Part shown: positions 1 to 10,502 of the stretch, piece after piece | How positions within the stretch are numbered: position 1 is the first letter of the stretch | How the letters are laid out: each line of letters opens with the position of its first letter | Assembly (NCBI GenBank): GCA_016192105.1 | Contig: JACPUV010000009.1 | Coordinates: forward strand, 3,311 to 67,310 | Length of the DNA stretch: 64,000 nt | Reading direction: 5' to 3' | From: Sphingobacteriales bacterium | GTDB taxonomy: Bacteria > Bacteroidota > Bacteroidia > Chitinophagales > Chitinophagaceae | The notes under the pieces: model-generated | What the model was told of the DNA's origin: nothing | The model's database searches: none | What the model saw: only the letters and a program-made list of their open reading frames with translations | Program-made: the position numbers and the translations under genes

Positions 1-1
1 T

Positions 2-1513
2 TTATTCAGTCAATTCCAGAAAAAGAAGCAGGCACTGGACAGTATAAAAATGGAACTCACCAGGATTGAGTGGGTACTGGGGCCTGTAAAAAGAAGTGTT
101 GAAGATTCTGTTCGGTTATTAAAACAGCAACTTTCGCAAATTAAAGACCCTGCTGGTTTAAAAGCATTTATTAAGGAGCATAACCTGAGTACCCGGAATC
201 TGCCTAAAGGATGGCAGGCACTTTCGGCAATTCAGTCTATTGGAATAGGCAGAACCTGGGTAGATTACACAGAGTTAACAGTGCAGCATATTTCTCTGAC
301 GGGTGTGAATGCAGAGTTTACACCAGGCAGGTATTATATCGCATTTGCAGCGGGGCGTGTTAATTACCAGTTTCGTGATTTTGTGATTAAGAACAATTCA
401 CATGTCCGTCAAAATCTTTATCTGATCAGGGCGGGATTAGGTGCAAAGGAAGGCAATCACTTGATTGCTTCATGGTATGACGGAAGACGCAGTATGCTGA
501 ACTGGATAGGCAACATGACTTCGGGTACCGGCTTGGAAAGAGTGATCGGGATGTCGTTTGAGGCACGTTTACAGGCAAGTCCTGATCAATATATTGTGTT
601 GGAATCTGCAAAATCATCTTTTCATACAGTAGGGGCGCAAGATCAAACCGGGGAGAAACTGATCAATAGAGTATGGAACTTTAAAGACCGCAGCAATGAG
701 GCCTATAGTATCAGGGTATATAGTAATTGGAGGAGGACAAATACAAAACTCATGGGTTATTACAGGAAGATGGGAGAGCATTTTCAGTCCTTTAATTTAC
801 AACCGGTAAATGTGAATCAGGTTGCCTATCAGTTTAAGTTGCAACAGCAGTTTTGGAAGCGTCGTTTATCCGTGGAGGCCGGTATAAGAAAAAATGATTT
901 CTTCAACCCTTTTGTTAACCCTGGATTGGCCAGTAAGACAGTTTTCAAGTCTGCCCTGCTCACCCTTCGTGTACCCAGGTATCCCATGTTGTCAATTGGT
1001 TATTACCCGTCTTCTCAGCTTACAATGCTGGATAACAGCCGCCTGGTGGAAAACCAGTACAATACGCTGAGTGCTGTGATCAGTCATGCTTACAGTGTAA
1101 AAAAGCTGAGTATGAGTAGCAGTGCGGTGTTGTTGAAATTCTACAATAGCGGAGCGGATACTGGATTTATTTACTTTAATGCTACGAGTGTTTCGGTCAA
1201 TCATTTTATTTTTTTAAAGGGAGTGCAATTGCAAAGCGGACTGACACTGACCCGGCAACGGGATATAAAGGTGACCACCCTTGAGCAGTCTATGAATTAT
1301 CAGGTACGAGAGTGGCTTTCTCTTGTTGGCGGTTTAAAGTATAACAGGTTAAATGCAGCTCAAACCTTATTGGGTGCAACGGGTGGCTTTGGTGTGATGG
1401 TTAAAGGAATCGGGACGCTACAGGCCAGTTATGAAAAGAGTTATTTGCCGGGTACGACCCGGAATTTGCTACCGGTTGATATGGGTAGGTTGACCTTTTA
1501 CAGGGTGTTTTAG
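2..1513 (+). CDS. Putative outer-membrane beta-barrel protein, 5'-truncated by the window edge
   Basis: The frame of ORF 50..1513 is open back to position 2 (LFSQFQKKKQALDSIKM...). The C-terminal ~250 aa are alternating amphipathic strands rich in Y/F/G and end in ...GRLTFYRVF with a terminal Phe, typical of BAM substrates. Confidence 0.6.
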   Translation, partial: LFSQFQKKKQALDSIKMELTRIEWVLGPVKRSVEDSVRLLKQQLSQIKDPAGLKAFIKEHNLSTRNLPKGWQALSAIQSIGIGRTWVDYTELTVQHISLTGVNAEFTPGRYYIAFAAGRVNYQFRDFVIKNNSHVRQNLYLIRAGLGAKEGNHLIASWYDGRRSMLNWIGNMTSGTGLERVIGMSFEARLQASPDQYIVLESAKSSFHTVGAQDQTGEKLINRVWNFKDRSNEAYSIRVYSNWRRTNTKLMGYYRKMGEHFQSFNLQPVNVNQVAYQFKLQQQFWKRRLSVEAGIRKNDFFNPFVNPGLASKTVFKSALLTLRVPRYPMLSIGYYPSSQLTMLDNSRLVENQYNTLSAVISHAYSVKKLSMSSSAVLLKFYNSGADTGFIYFNATSVSVNHFIFLKGVQLQSGLTLTRQRDIKVTTLEQSMNYQVREWLSLVGGLKYNRLNAAQTLLGATGGFGVMVKGIGTLQASYEKSYLPGTTRNLLPVDMGRLTFYRVF

Positions 1514-1586
1514 GCAAAGGCACTGGGGATTTATCAGTTGGGTGTTAGACGTAAAAATCAGAAAACGAAACTTAAAAAATGCGGGT

Positions 1587-2693
1587 ATGCGTAAACTTTT
1601 AATGGCTGTGTTTTTCATTTTTGCTTCACTGGTCGGTGTGGCGCAGGTGTATATTCAGCCCACGGTACCAACGGTGGGGCTGGTGCAGAAAAGCCAGCTT
1701 TGGAATTTGGTATTGGTTAATGGTACAACGGCTTCCATAGAAGGAAGGCTGGAGTTGATTTTATTTGACCGTCAGAGTGGTCTTGAGATGTTTTCAGCTT
1801 CAACGAACCGGTTTACGTTATCCAAGGGTTCAATGACGGTTAATGTTACAAATTTAAATCCGGTACAATATAATTATCAGGCGATGGATGGTAGTGGGTT
1901 GCTTAATAATCTTTTACCAGCTGGTGCATACAGGGCTTGTTATTCATTTTCCATAGCAGATGGTAGTAAGGGAGATCCGCTAGCCCAGGAGTGTGTGATT
2001 TTTGATGTAGAACCGCTCAGTCCACCGATGCTTATTTTCCCAATGGACAGTGCATTACTGGAGACGATGCCTGGCCAATTTAGCTGGACTCCTCCTACCC
2101 CGGTTGGGATGTTCAACCGGCTGAGTTATGAAGTTTTTATAGCAGAGATTCAGCCCGGTCAAAAGGCGGATGAGGCGCTTCAAAATAACTTGCCATTTTA
2201 TAGTTCAGCTGGGGTGAATAGTAATTTTCTTTCTTATTCAGCGGCATTACCGGCGTTTGAGAAGGGGAAATGGTATGGGTGGCAGGTTGTGGCCAGGGAT
2301 GATAAAAACTACGCTTCCAGGAGTGGTACCTGGGTGTTCACGGTAAAGGAACCAGGGAGGGTGGAACAGTTGATCAAGGGCACTCCTTTTATGAAAATGA
2401 AACCTGGGGATGCGGAGTCTGGAATAGCGCCTAATGGTATATTAAAACTTTCCTACTATAACCGCTCGACGGATTCTACGGCGTGGGTTACGATAAGAGA
2501 TTTGTCTGCTGAATATGGGGGACAAAAACTCTCTGGATTTCAGGTAAAATTATTGCCTGGTGAAAACCAGATTGAGTATAAGTTAAAAAAAGTGATGGAG
2601 TTGTCAACTGAGCCAACCTATGAGGCAAGTATAGTAAACTCTCGGGGGGAGAAAAGTGTGGTATTGTTTCGGGTAATATATTTTAAGGACTGA
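1587..2693 (+). CDS. Exported Ig/fibronectin-III-like multidomain protein
   Basis: Likely start ATG 1587 gives the signal peptide MRKLLMAVFFIFASLVGVA|Q. Central segment PPMLIFP...FSWTPP...YEV...WYGWQV is Fn3-like. C-terminal beta-sandwich. Confidence 0.6.
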   Translation: MRKLLMAVFFIFASLVGVAQVYIQPTVPTVGLVQKSQLWNLVLVNGTTASIEGRLELILFDRQSGLEMFSASTNRFTLSKGSMTVNVTNLNPVQYNYQAMDGSGLLNNLLPAGAYRACYSFSIADGSKGDPLAQECVIFDVEPLSPPMLIFPMDSALLETMPGQFSWTPPTPVGMFNRLSYEVFIAEIQPGQKADEALQNNLPFYSSAGVNSNFLSYSAALPAFEKGKWYGWQVVARDDKNYASRSGTWVFTVKEPGRVEQLIKGTPFMKMKPGDAESGIAPNGILKLSYYNRSTDSTAWVTIRDLSAEYGGQKLSGFQVKLLPGENQIEYKLKKVMELSTEPTYEASIVNSRGEKSVVLFRVIYFKD

Positions 2694-2723
2694 TAAAACT
2701 GCAACCGTCAAACTATTTTCTGT

Positions 2724-5700
2724 ATGATTTTAGCGTTAGCCACCCGGCATTGTAAAAAGATTGCTTTTTTGCAGCTGTACCTGTTTTTTCTTTCTGGCCT
2801 TTGCTCATTTGTGTATGGTCAGGGTTCAGGTGTACAAGGAATTCATGTTGATTCAGGTAATCCCGGGTCATTAGCGGAGAGGAGCCGGCGTATGAGAACA
2901 ACACCTGGCGGGTTTGGCGGTGCTGAAGTGGCTACAAGTCCTGGGGAAACGGGGCCGGCGGTCGGGAATAATGAAAGAAAAACAAGCAGCAACCTTTTTT
3001 ACCGTGCTGTTGAGGGGGGTGGGCCATCACAGCCGGAGATGTCGGCTTTTAAGCCTGTGGGAGCTGATAATATGGTTGATCCGTTTACAGGTGATTTTTC
3101 ATACAATATTCCCTTGCTGGATGTGGGAGGTTATCCGGTAAATATATTTTATACCAGTGGGATAACGATGGATCAAGAGGCCAGCTGGTGCGGTCTTGGA
3201 TGGAATATTAATCCGGGAACCATTATGCGTAATATGCGGGGGTTGCCGGACGATTTTGATGGCCAGGATATTATTACGAAGACACAGTATACAAAGCCCG
3301 ATCATACCTGGGGTGTGAATACAGGTGGCAGAACGGAGATTTTTGGCGGTGCGGTCAGTCTTGGTATTGATGGGGGTATTTTTTATAACAATATGCGCGG
3401 CCTTGGGTTGGAAGCTGGAGTTAGTCCTGCGATCAGTATTGGTGGTAAATCGGGGGATGAAAAAACGGCTCCGCTGAGTTTTAGCTGGGGGATAAATGCG
3501 AACTCCCAAACCGGTGGAAGTAGCACGTTTAATATAGAATTGAAAAAAAATAATGAGAAGGCGCTGATTGGGGGGTATTCGGCAGGTATTGGTTTTCATT
3601 CAAGGCAAGGGCTTTCTGATCTGCATCTTAGTGCGCAGACCAACCTGATGAAAATACAGACGCAGAGTCAGTACGTAAATATGGCGGCAAACAACTTACT
3701 AAATCCGCAGTTAAGTACTGGGATTAGTTTTGCCTACCCTTCGTTTACCCCTTCGATGCGGGGACGGGTAAGTAGTATTAATTATGATCTTGATATGGGA
3801 TTTGGTGCGGCAACATGGGGTGCATTTAGCCATTTAAGACTTGGGGGATATTATACCCGGCGATGGATTAAAGCGGAGGATATTAAAACAGAGCAGCCTG
3901 CATATGGTATGTTATATCTAAAGAAGGGTCAGGAGGATAAAAATGCGCTGATGGATTTTAACCGCCTTAATGACGGTGTATATTCACCTGGAACACCGGC
4001 GATCTCTATTCCTGTATATACGTATGACGTGTATAGTATTAGTGGTGAGGGTACGGGGGGTAGTTTCAGGGCCTACCGGGGTGATTTGGGTTATGTACAG
4101 GATGCTCTTTTAGAGAACAGCGGGTCATCAGCACATCTGGGTTTTGAGATTGGGGGTGGAAGTTATGGGCATGGAGCCATTAATGCCAATGTTGTGTTGA
4201 CACCGTCTTCTTCTGGTGGTTGGGACAAGGGAAATCTGGCTAAATCTGTATTGCAATTCCGGCAATCGAATGTGGATACACAGGCGGTTTATTTTAAAAA
4301 TCCAGGTGAAAAAGCCATTCCTGATCTGGCTTATCAAAGTGCTGTAGGGGGTGAGGATCTGGTTCGTTTAAAAATGATTAACACGGGTATCGGCTCGCCA
4401 ACACTTGTTCCATCATTTGTAAGGTATTCGGATATGCTTCAAAAGACCACAGATTTGCCCTTTAGTAATAATTCAACGGTGAAGGTGCGGGATAGCCGTA
4501 CGCAGGTTATATCGTTTTTGACGGCCTGGGAAGCTGACCGTGTCGGATTGAACCGGAAAATAAATTATATCCGGTTGAATCAGGCTGATTCGAATCAGGT
4601 GGTATTTGGATGTGTTACTACATACAGGCAGTTTTTAAACCGGTATGAGGGGGGTAAAAATGCGATACGCCGTGAGCATCATATTTCTGAGATGGATGTG
4701 TTGATGCCCGACGGTAGAAAGTATGTTTATGATATACCGGTATATAATCTGAAGCAGGTGGAGGTGACATTTAATAAGAAAGGAAGTGGTGATGGAACGG
4801 GGACTAATGATCCTATAACTACGTATTCTCCTGGTGAGGATAACGAAGCGGGAATAAATACTCAGGGTAAGGACGGGTATGTAGAAAAACAGGAGATGCC
4901 TCCATATGCCCACTCCTACCTGCTGACGGCACTTCTTTCCCCTAACTATGTGGATGTAAAAGGAGATGGGATCACAGAAGATGATATGGGGGATGCAATA
5001 AAGTTCAACTACTCAAAATCTGATCAGAATCTAAAGTGGCGTACCCCGGCGGGGACGAATACGGCTAATATGAGTGAGGGGTTGAAAACAGACAAGAATG
5101 ATGACAAAGCGCACTATATCTACGGCGAACGGGAGCAGTGGTATTTATATTCCATTGAGTCAAAAAATATGGTTGCCAGGTTTTATGTTCGTAGTGACCG
5201 CAAGGACTCCCGGGCCGTGACGGGTGAAAACGGGACGCTGGATCCTGATTTTGGAGCCTATCGTTTGTCCAGGATTTCGTTGTTCACAAAAGGGGAGCTA
5301 TTAAAGAGACCTACGAATCCGAGGCCTGTAAAAACTGTTCATTTTGAGTATGATTATTCGCTTTGCCAGGGTGCGCCGGGATCAATAAGCGGGTACGGAA
5401 AATTAACCCTTCGTGCGATTTATTTTACCTATAACGGAAGTAACCGGAGTAAAAAGAACTATTATCGGTTTAATTATCCTGGCGATAAAAATCCTTCATA
5501 TAGTTTTAAGGCGAACGATCGGTGGGGGAATTATAAACCTGATATTGATATTGATCCGGCGAATGGTAATCCGGCAGGGCTTAGTAATGCTGATTATCCA
5601 TATACAAGCCGGGATGCCGGGAAAGCTGGTTCATATATTCAGGCCTGGACAATGAATCAGGTGATTCTTCCTTCAGGGGCTGCAATAAATATTGAGTATG

Positions 5701-8700
5701 AATCGGACGATTATGCTTATGTACAGGACAAACGAGCTTCAGCTATGGTTGCAATAAGTGGGTTTGGGAATACGGCTAATCCATCGGCTTACTCTTCCAA
5801 CTTATACGAAGGTGATAATTCAATAAATGATTATATCTATATAACAGTTCCCAGGGCAATTACGGCCACAACCGGGACTGCTATTAAGTCACAGATCAGG
5901 GATTGGTATCTGGGCAATTTTGATAAGAGCAAGCAGGTGTATTTGAAACTTGCCGTACAAATGCCTTCGGATCAAAACGGGAGTGGGTTTGAGATGATTC
6001 CGGTTTATGCAGAGGTGGAGGATTATGGGTTGATTGCTTCGGATGCCACTAAAACGAAGCTGTATATCAAGGTCAGGCGGTTATTATCAGATTATTCGCC
6101 GATGCTGCATTATAGTTTGCAATTTTTGAAATCCAATTTGGCTTCTAAGGCCTATCCGGGGTATGATGTAAGTGAGCAGGGAGGACTGAAGGCCGTGGTC
6201 AAATCACTGGGCGGGTTGTTTCATTCTTTTAAGGAGATCGTGAAGGGGGGAATGAAACTGATGGTTAGTGAAAATAAATGCCGCAGTGTTGATCTTGGTA
6301 AGTCCTTTGTGCGTTTGAGTGATCCGTTTCTGAAAAAGCCTGGAGGGGGAATCCGGGTAAAAAAGGTGACGATTAACGATAATTGGGATAAGCTTACAAA
6401 GAGTAGTCCTTCGGCAAGTGACGGAATGTTGAACGCTACCTATGGGCAGGAGTATTTTTATACAAAGACTGAACTGGTCAACGGAGAATTAATGACGATC
6501 AGTAGTGGTGTAGCCAGTTGGGAACCTGCTCAGGGGGGAGATGAAAATCCACATCGTCTGGCTATTGAGTATTATAACCGTACGCCCAAATCGGACTATG
6601 ATTACCAGGTGATGGAAACACCGCTTGCCGAGATGCTTTATCCTTCTGCGATGGTTGGTTACAGCCGGGTAGAGACAAGAAGTATCCACCGGGACACGGT
6701 AAAGAATGCGGCCGGAATTTCAGTTACAGAGTTTTTTACAACCAGGGAATTTCCGACCGTTTCTTCTTACACGCCATTATCGGAGCATAACGCGACGGAC
6801 AGTTATAAATCCGGTGCGCTTGATAAGCTGTTAAAAATGGATTTAAAGACAGCCGTTGCCCTCAGCCAGGGATTTAAGGTTGATTTAAATGACATGAATG
6901 GGAAGATGAAAAAGCAATCAACGTATTCACCTGAAAATCTACGGGACCCCATAAGTTATACGGAGAATTTTTACAGTATGCAGCCAAGTGGTGCAGGTCA
7001 GTTCAGGCTCAATCATAGTTTTCCGGTTATTGGAGGATCGGATGGTAAGATTGTGCAAAGTGTCATAGGACGGGATATTGAAGTGATGACGGATTTCCGG
7101 GAGCATAAGCAACTGACCATTACCACCAACATCAATTTTAATGTGGATGTTATTAACGGAGCTTTTATTCCGATCCCTGTTCCAACGACCTGGAAGCCGG
7201 TTATGAAGGAGTCAAATACCTACCGGTCTGCTTCTGTGTTAAAGATTGTAAATCATTACAGTATACTGGACAGCGTAGTGGCGGTGGATAAGGGCAGTAT
7301 GATCAGTACAAAGAATATGGTGTATGATGCGCAAAGTGGAGACCCGCTGTTGACAAGAACCAGTAATGAGCATCATCAGCCAGTGTATAGTTTTTCTTAC
7401 CCGGCGCATTGGGCATATAGTGGGATGGGATTTGCCTTTAAAAATATTGATGTGGTTTACAGGGGTTTGACTTTCCGAAATGGAAAACTGGATGCGCATC
7501 CTGATGTTAAGTTAGGGCTTTTTGAAAGTGGGGATGAGTTGATGGTTGAGTCGCAGCAGGCGCTGGGCCCCTTGGGTAAGAATCCCTGTGAGCCTTTGTT
7601 GTTGCCCAAGAGTTCAGCCAGGAAGATCTGGGCTGTTTACACAGGTAGAACCGGAAGTGCAACCCCGCAATGGGTGTTTATGGATGCGGATGGGAATCCC
7701 TATTCTGCGGCAAATGTATCGGTTCGGATTATCCGTTCTGGCAAGCGAAATATGTTCAGTGCCGGATTGGGAGGCGTGGTGAGTTTGAGCAATCCGGTTA
7801 ATCCGGTTTCAGGTCAACTGGAGTTTACCGATGCAACCAGTATAATTCAAACCTCAGCTGCAACGTATAAAGACCATTGGCGGGTTGATAACAGTTTATT
7901 TAAAGTGGATAGTATAGCCGGAACGGTTACCAGGACCCTGGTATATCCACAAGCTGTATATGATAGTAATCCTGAATCCATGACTGTTACTAGTGATGAG
8001 AACGTGTATAGTTTTTCATCCAATCAATATGTTACGGCCAGTGATTTGAAGCGGTCAAATGGCAGTACAAGGATCAGAAAATCATTTGTAAAGTATAGTG
8101 GTCTTGAATCTTTTTTGAATCTGCATCTTGACCCTTCCTGTTTGATTAGCAGTACTAATCCTGTTACTAACGCATATACGGCTTTTATAGGTTCGTATGC
8201 GCATGGATGTTATGTTTCCGGTCAGTTTACCCCGGTCGCGCACGCAGGGGTGCATACAGCACCCGAAGCCTGGATTGGATATTATTCACAGGCTAACCCG
8301 TATGGAAATAAGAGTGTATTAAAACCGCTGCGGAGTAGTTGGAATGATGCTGGGAATACATCTGGCTGGATTTCGGCGTATCAGTCAACCGGTAGCGTTA
8401 ACCAGTATGCCTTTTCAAAGGTTGACTTAAGTTATGCGCCTGTATCGGGTAATTTTTCATGGAATGGCGATTCCTATCATATTGGGCATTTGATCCGGCA
8501 AATGATGGCTGAGCGGAATAGTGGAATTATTAATCCGGCTGCGTTTTCGATAGAAATTTTCCGCCCCCGACCTTCAGTATATAATGGTGGCAGGGAGGAT
8601 ATGAAATGTTCCTACAGAGTTAATCCGGGATGTGTTGCGTCGCAGGGGCTTTGGTTTCAGTATTATCCTTGTACGGGTGGGAAGATAGAGTCATTGGTAA

Positions 8701-10478
8701 ATCCAAATGATCCATCTGCGGGTGCATGGTGTGCCACGGTTACAGGTGGGAGTAATGCACCGGTTTGTATTTCCAAATTTACCCAGCGTAAATCCATTAA
8801 CCCTTATGTAGAAGGTGTTTGGGGTAACTGGCGGGTGGATACCTCATTTGTATATTATGGGGACCGTAAAGAAAGTACGATAGTTGATGCTCAGCCAGTG
8901 GATACCCGTAGGGGGGGTACTATCATTGGATATAAGCCGTTTTGGAATTTTGCAGCCCTTGGTACAGGCCTGATGACCCGTAATTACCAAGCTTCAGATG
9001 TTTGGACCTGGAATAGTGTAATTACTCAATATAACCGTAAGGGGTATGAAGTGGAGAATAAAGATCCCTTGGGTCGTTTTAATGCAGGTTTGTATGGGTA
9101 TAGTGGACAATTACCGGTAGCGGTGGTTAATAATTCCCGGTATATGGAATCTTTTTTCGATGGGTTTGAGGATTATGATTATCAGGTTAACTCCTGCCAA
9201 GAGACCTGTGCACCCCGTCGCCGGGTGGATATGGGTAATATTCAGACTTATCTGAATGGAGAACAGAAGCATAGTGGCAAAACAAGTCTTAAGATAAATG
9301 CTGGCCAGGCCTATTCGTTTTCGGCTCCGGTAGTGAGTACTGCAAACCTGGACAGAGCTTTTTCCATGCGGGTGAGGATAGATTCTACGGCTAAGACAGA
9401 TACTGTTGTTGCACCAAATGGTAATGGATTAAGGGGTCGTTACCTGAAATTTCCCCGGAGAAACCGCAATTCTCAGATGTATGGCGAGGCGAATACGGCA
9501 ATTGGGAATATTGATATTTCGGGAAGTACAGTTACCAGGACTGACGCCAGTATAAACCTGGCATGGTGGGGTGGTTTTAGTCCTCCTTCTTCGATAGGCT
9601 GGGGCAATTTCGTTGCTAAATGGCAGGGGTATATACTGCCACGGAAGAGCGGACTGCATTATTTCCGGATTGGGTACAATGATGGTATGCAGGTCACGAT
9701 AAATGGCCTGACCCTGGATGGTTGGGGGACACAAGGTTCAGGCAGCAGAGAGGGAAGTGTTTATTTAACAGCCGGACAACCATATGCTATCACTGCTAAG
9801 TATTGGGATGGTCATCCCGGAACTGATGATGCGGCATTATTGCTTTGGAAGGACCCTATAATGAGTGGTTTTGACAAAGTACCTCAAACGGTACTCTATA
9901 CGCCGGATAATCTGGCAGGGGCGCAGAGTGCGGTATCCGTTGTAACAACATGGTGTACCAAACTTGATTCAGTAAATGTTCGGGGAGCGGCGTTAACGGA
10001 TACATTTTCACTTATTCAAGGAAGGAAGATGCTGGTTAGTGCCTGGGTGAAAGTTGGGGGGAATGATTGCAAGTGCAGTACGTATTTGAATAACAAGATC
10101 AGGGTCAGTTTTACAGGTGCTTCAACTGTTGTGGACTTTACACCGACGGGCAACATCATTGAGGGTTGGCAGCGTTATGAAGGGATTTTTGATATTCCCG
10201 GGTCAGCTACAGCCATTAAGGTAGAGTTGATGAATACGGGTGGTACAGCGCCATTATGGTTTGATGATTTACGTATTCATCCTTTTAATGCGATTATGAA
10301 AAGCTTTGTGTATAACCCTCAAAGTCTGCGACTGGTAAGTGAGCTGGATGAAAACAATTATGCCAGTTATTATGAGTATGATGATGAGGGTACATTATCC
10401 AGGGTGAAGAAAGAGACGGCAAAGGGGGTTAAAACAATAACTGAAACCAGGAGTCATTTGCAAAAAGCGGTGCAATAG
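2724..10478 (+). CDS. Giant exported TcB/SpvB-like YD-shell protein with PA14 and CBM-like domains
   Basis: 2584-aa ORF. N-terminal hydrophobic leader ending VYG|Q. FTGDFSYNIPL...Y.SG...GLGWNINPG.I.R..RGLPDD resembles the SpvB-like start of TcB. YD-like segments (KDPLGRFNAGLYGY; ELDENNYASYYEYDDEG). Clear PA14 signature at about 9420-9900. Confidence 0.6.
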   Translation: MILALATRHCKKIAFLQLYLFFLSGLCSFVYGQGSGVQGIHVDSGNPGSLAERSRRMRTTPGGFGGAEVATSPGETGPAVGNNERKTSSNLFYRAVEGGGPSQPEMSAFKPVGADNMVDPFTGDFSYNIPLLDVGGYPVNIFYTSGITMDQEASWCGLGWNINPGTIMRNMRGLPDDFDGQDIITKTQYTKPDHTWGVNTGGRTEIFGGAVSLGIDGGIFYNNMRGLGLEAGVSPAISIGGKSGDEKTAPLSFSWGINANSQTGGSSTFNIELKKNNEKALIGGYSAGIGFHSRQGLSDLHLSAQTNLMKIQTQSQYVNMAANNLLNPQLSTGISFAYPSFTPSMRGRVSSINYDLDMGFGAATWGAFSHLRLGGYYTRRWIKAEDIKTEQPAYGMLYLKKGQEDKNALMDFNRLNDGVYSPGTPAISIPVYTYDVYSISGEGTGGSFRAYRGDLGYVQDALLENSGSSAHLGFEIGGGSYGHGAINANVVLTPSSSGGWDKGNLAKSVLQFRQSNVDTQAVYFKNPGEKAIPDLAYQSAVGGEDLVRLKMINTGIGSPTLVPSFVRYSDMLQKTTDLPFSNNSTVKVRDSRTQVISFLTAWEADRVGLNRKINYIRLNQADSNQVVFGCVTTYRQFLNRYEGGKNAIRREHHISEMDVLMPDGRKYVYDIPVYNLKQVEVTFNKKGSGDGTGTNDPITTYSPGEDNEAGINTQGKDGYVEKQEMPPYAHSYLLTALLSPNYVDVKGDGITEDDMGDAIKFNYSKSDQNLKWRTPAGTNTANMSEGLKTDKNDDKAHYIYGEREQWYLYSIESKNMVARFYVRSDRKDSRAVTGENGTLDPDFGAYRLSRISLFTKGELLKRPTNPRPVKTVHFEYDYSLCQGAPGSISGYGKLTLRAIYFTYNGSNRSKKNYYRFNYPGDKNPSYSFKANDRWGNYKPDIDIDPANGNPAGLSNADYPYTSRDAGKAGSYIQAWTMNQVILPSGAAINIEYESDDYAYVQDKRASAMVAISGFGNTANPSAYSSNLYEGDNSINDYIYITVPRAITATTGTAIKSQIRDWYLGNFDKSKQVYLKLAVQMPSDQNGSGFEMIPVYAEVEDYGLIASDATKTKLYIKVRRLLSDYSPMLHYSLQFLKSNLASKAYPGYDVSEQGGLKAVVKSLGGLFHSFKEIVKGGMKLMVSENKCRSVDLGKSFVRLSDPFLKKPGGGIRVKKVTINDNWDKLTKSSPSASDGMLNATYGQEYFYTKTELVNGELMTISSGVASWEPAQGGDENPHRLAIEYYNRTPKSDYDYQVMETPLAEMLYPSAMVGYSRVETRSIHRDTVKNAAGISVTEFFTTREFPTVSSYTPLSEHNATDSYKSGALDKLLKMDLKTAVALSQGFKVDLNDMNGKMKKQSTYSPENLRDPISYTENFYSMQPSGAGQFRLNHSFPVIGGSDGKIVQSVIGRDIEVMTDFREHKQLTITTNINFNVDVINGAFIPIPVPTTWKPVMKESNTYRSASVLKIVNHYSILDSVVAVDKGSMISTKNMVYDAQSGDPLLTRTSNEHHQPVYSFSYPAHWAYSGMGFAFKNIDVVYRGLTFRNGKLDAHPDVKLGLFESGDELMVESQQALGPLGKNPCEPLLLPKSSARKIWAVYTGRTGSATPQWVFMDADGNPYSAANVSVRIIRSGKRNMFSAGLGGVVSLSNPVNPVSGQLEFTDATSIIQTSAATYKDHWRVDNSLFKVDSIAGTVTRTLVYPQAVYDSNPESMTVTSDENVYSFSSNQYVTASDLKRSNGSTRIRKSFVKYSGLESFLNLHLDPSCLISSTNPVTNAYTAFIGSYAHGCYVSGQFTPVAHAGVHTAPEAWIGYYSQANPYGNKSVLKPLRSSWNDAGNTSGWISAYQSTGSVNQYAFSKVDLSYAPVSGNFSWNGDSYHIGHLIRQMMAERNSGIINPAAFSIEIFRPRPSVYNGGREDMKCSYRVNPGCVASQGLWFQYYPCTGGKIESLVNPNDPSAGAWCATVTGGSNAPVCISKFTQRKSINPYVEGVWGNWRVDTSFVYYGDRKESTIVDAQPVDTRRGGTIIGYKPFWNFAALGTGLMTRNYQASDVWTWNSVITQYNRKGYEVENKDPLGRFNAGLYGYSGQLPVAVVNNSRYMESFFDGFEDYDYQVNSCQETCAPRRRVDMGNIQTYLNGEQKHSGKTSLKINAGQAYSFSAPVVSTANLDRAFSMRVRIDSTAKTDTVVAPNGNGLRGRYLKFPRRNRNSQMYGEANTAIGNIDISGSTVTRTDASINLAWWGGFSPPSSIGWGNFVAKWQGYILPRKSGLHYFRIGYNDGMQVTINGLTLDGWGTQGSGSREGSVYLTAGQPYAITAKYWDGHPGTDDAALLLWKDPIMSGFDKVPQTVLYTPDNLAGAQSAVSVVTTWCTKLDSVNVRGAALTDTFSLIQGRKMLVSAWVKVGGNDCKCSTYLNNKIRVSFTGASTVVDFTPTGNIIEGWQRYEGIFDIPGSATAIKVELMNTGGTAPLWFDDLRIHPFNAIMKSFVYNPQSLRLVSELDENNYASYYEYDDEGTLSRVKKETAKGVKTITETRSHLQKAVQ

Positions 10479-10502
10479 AAACTGGTTGATGGGAATGACA
10501 TT

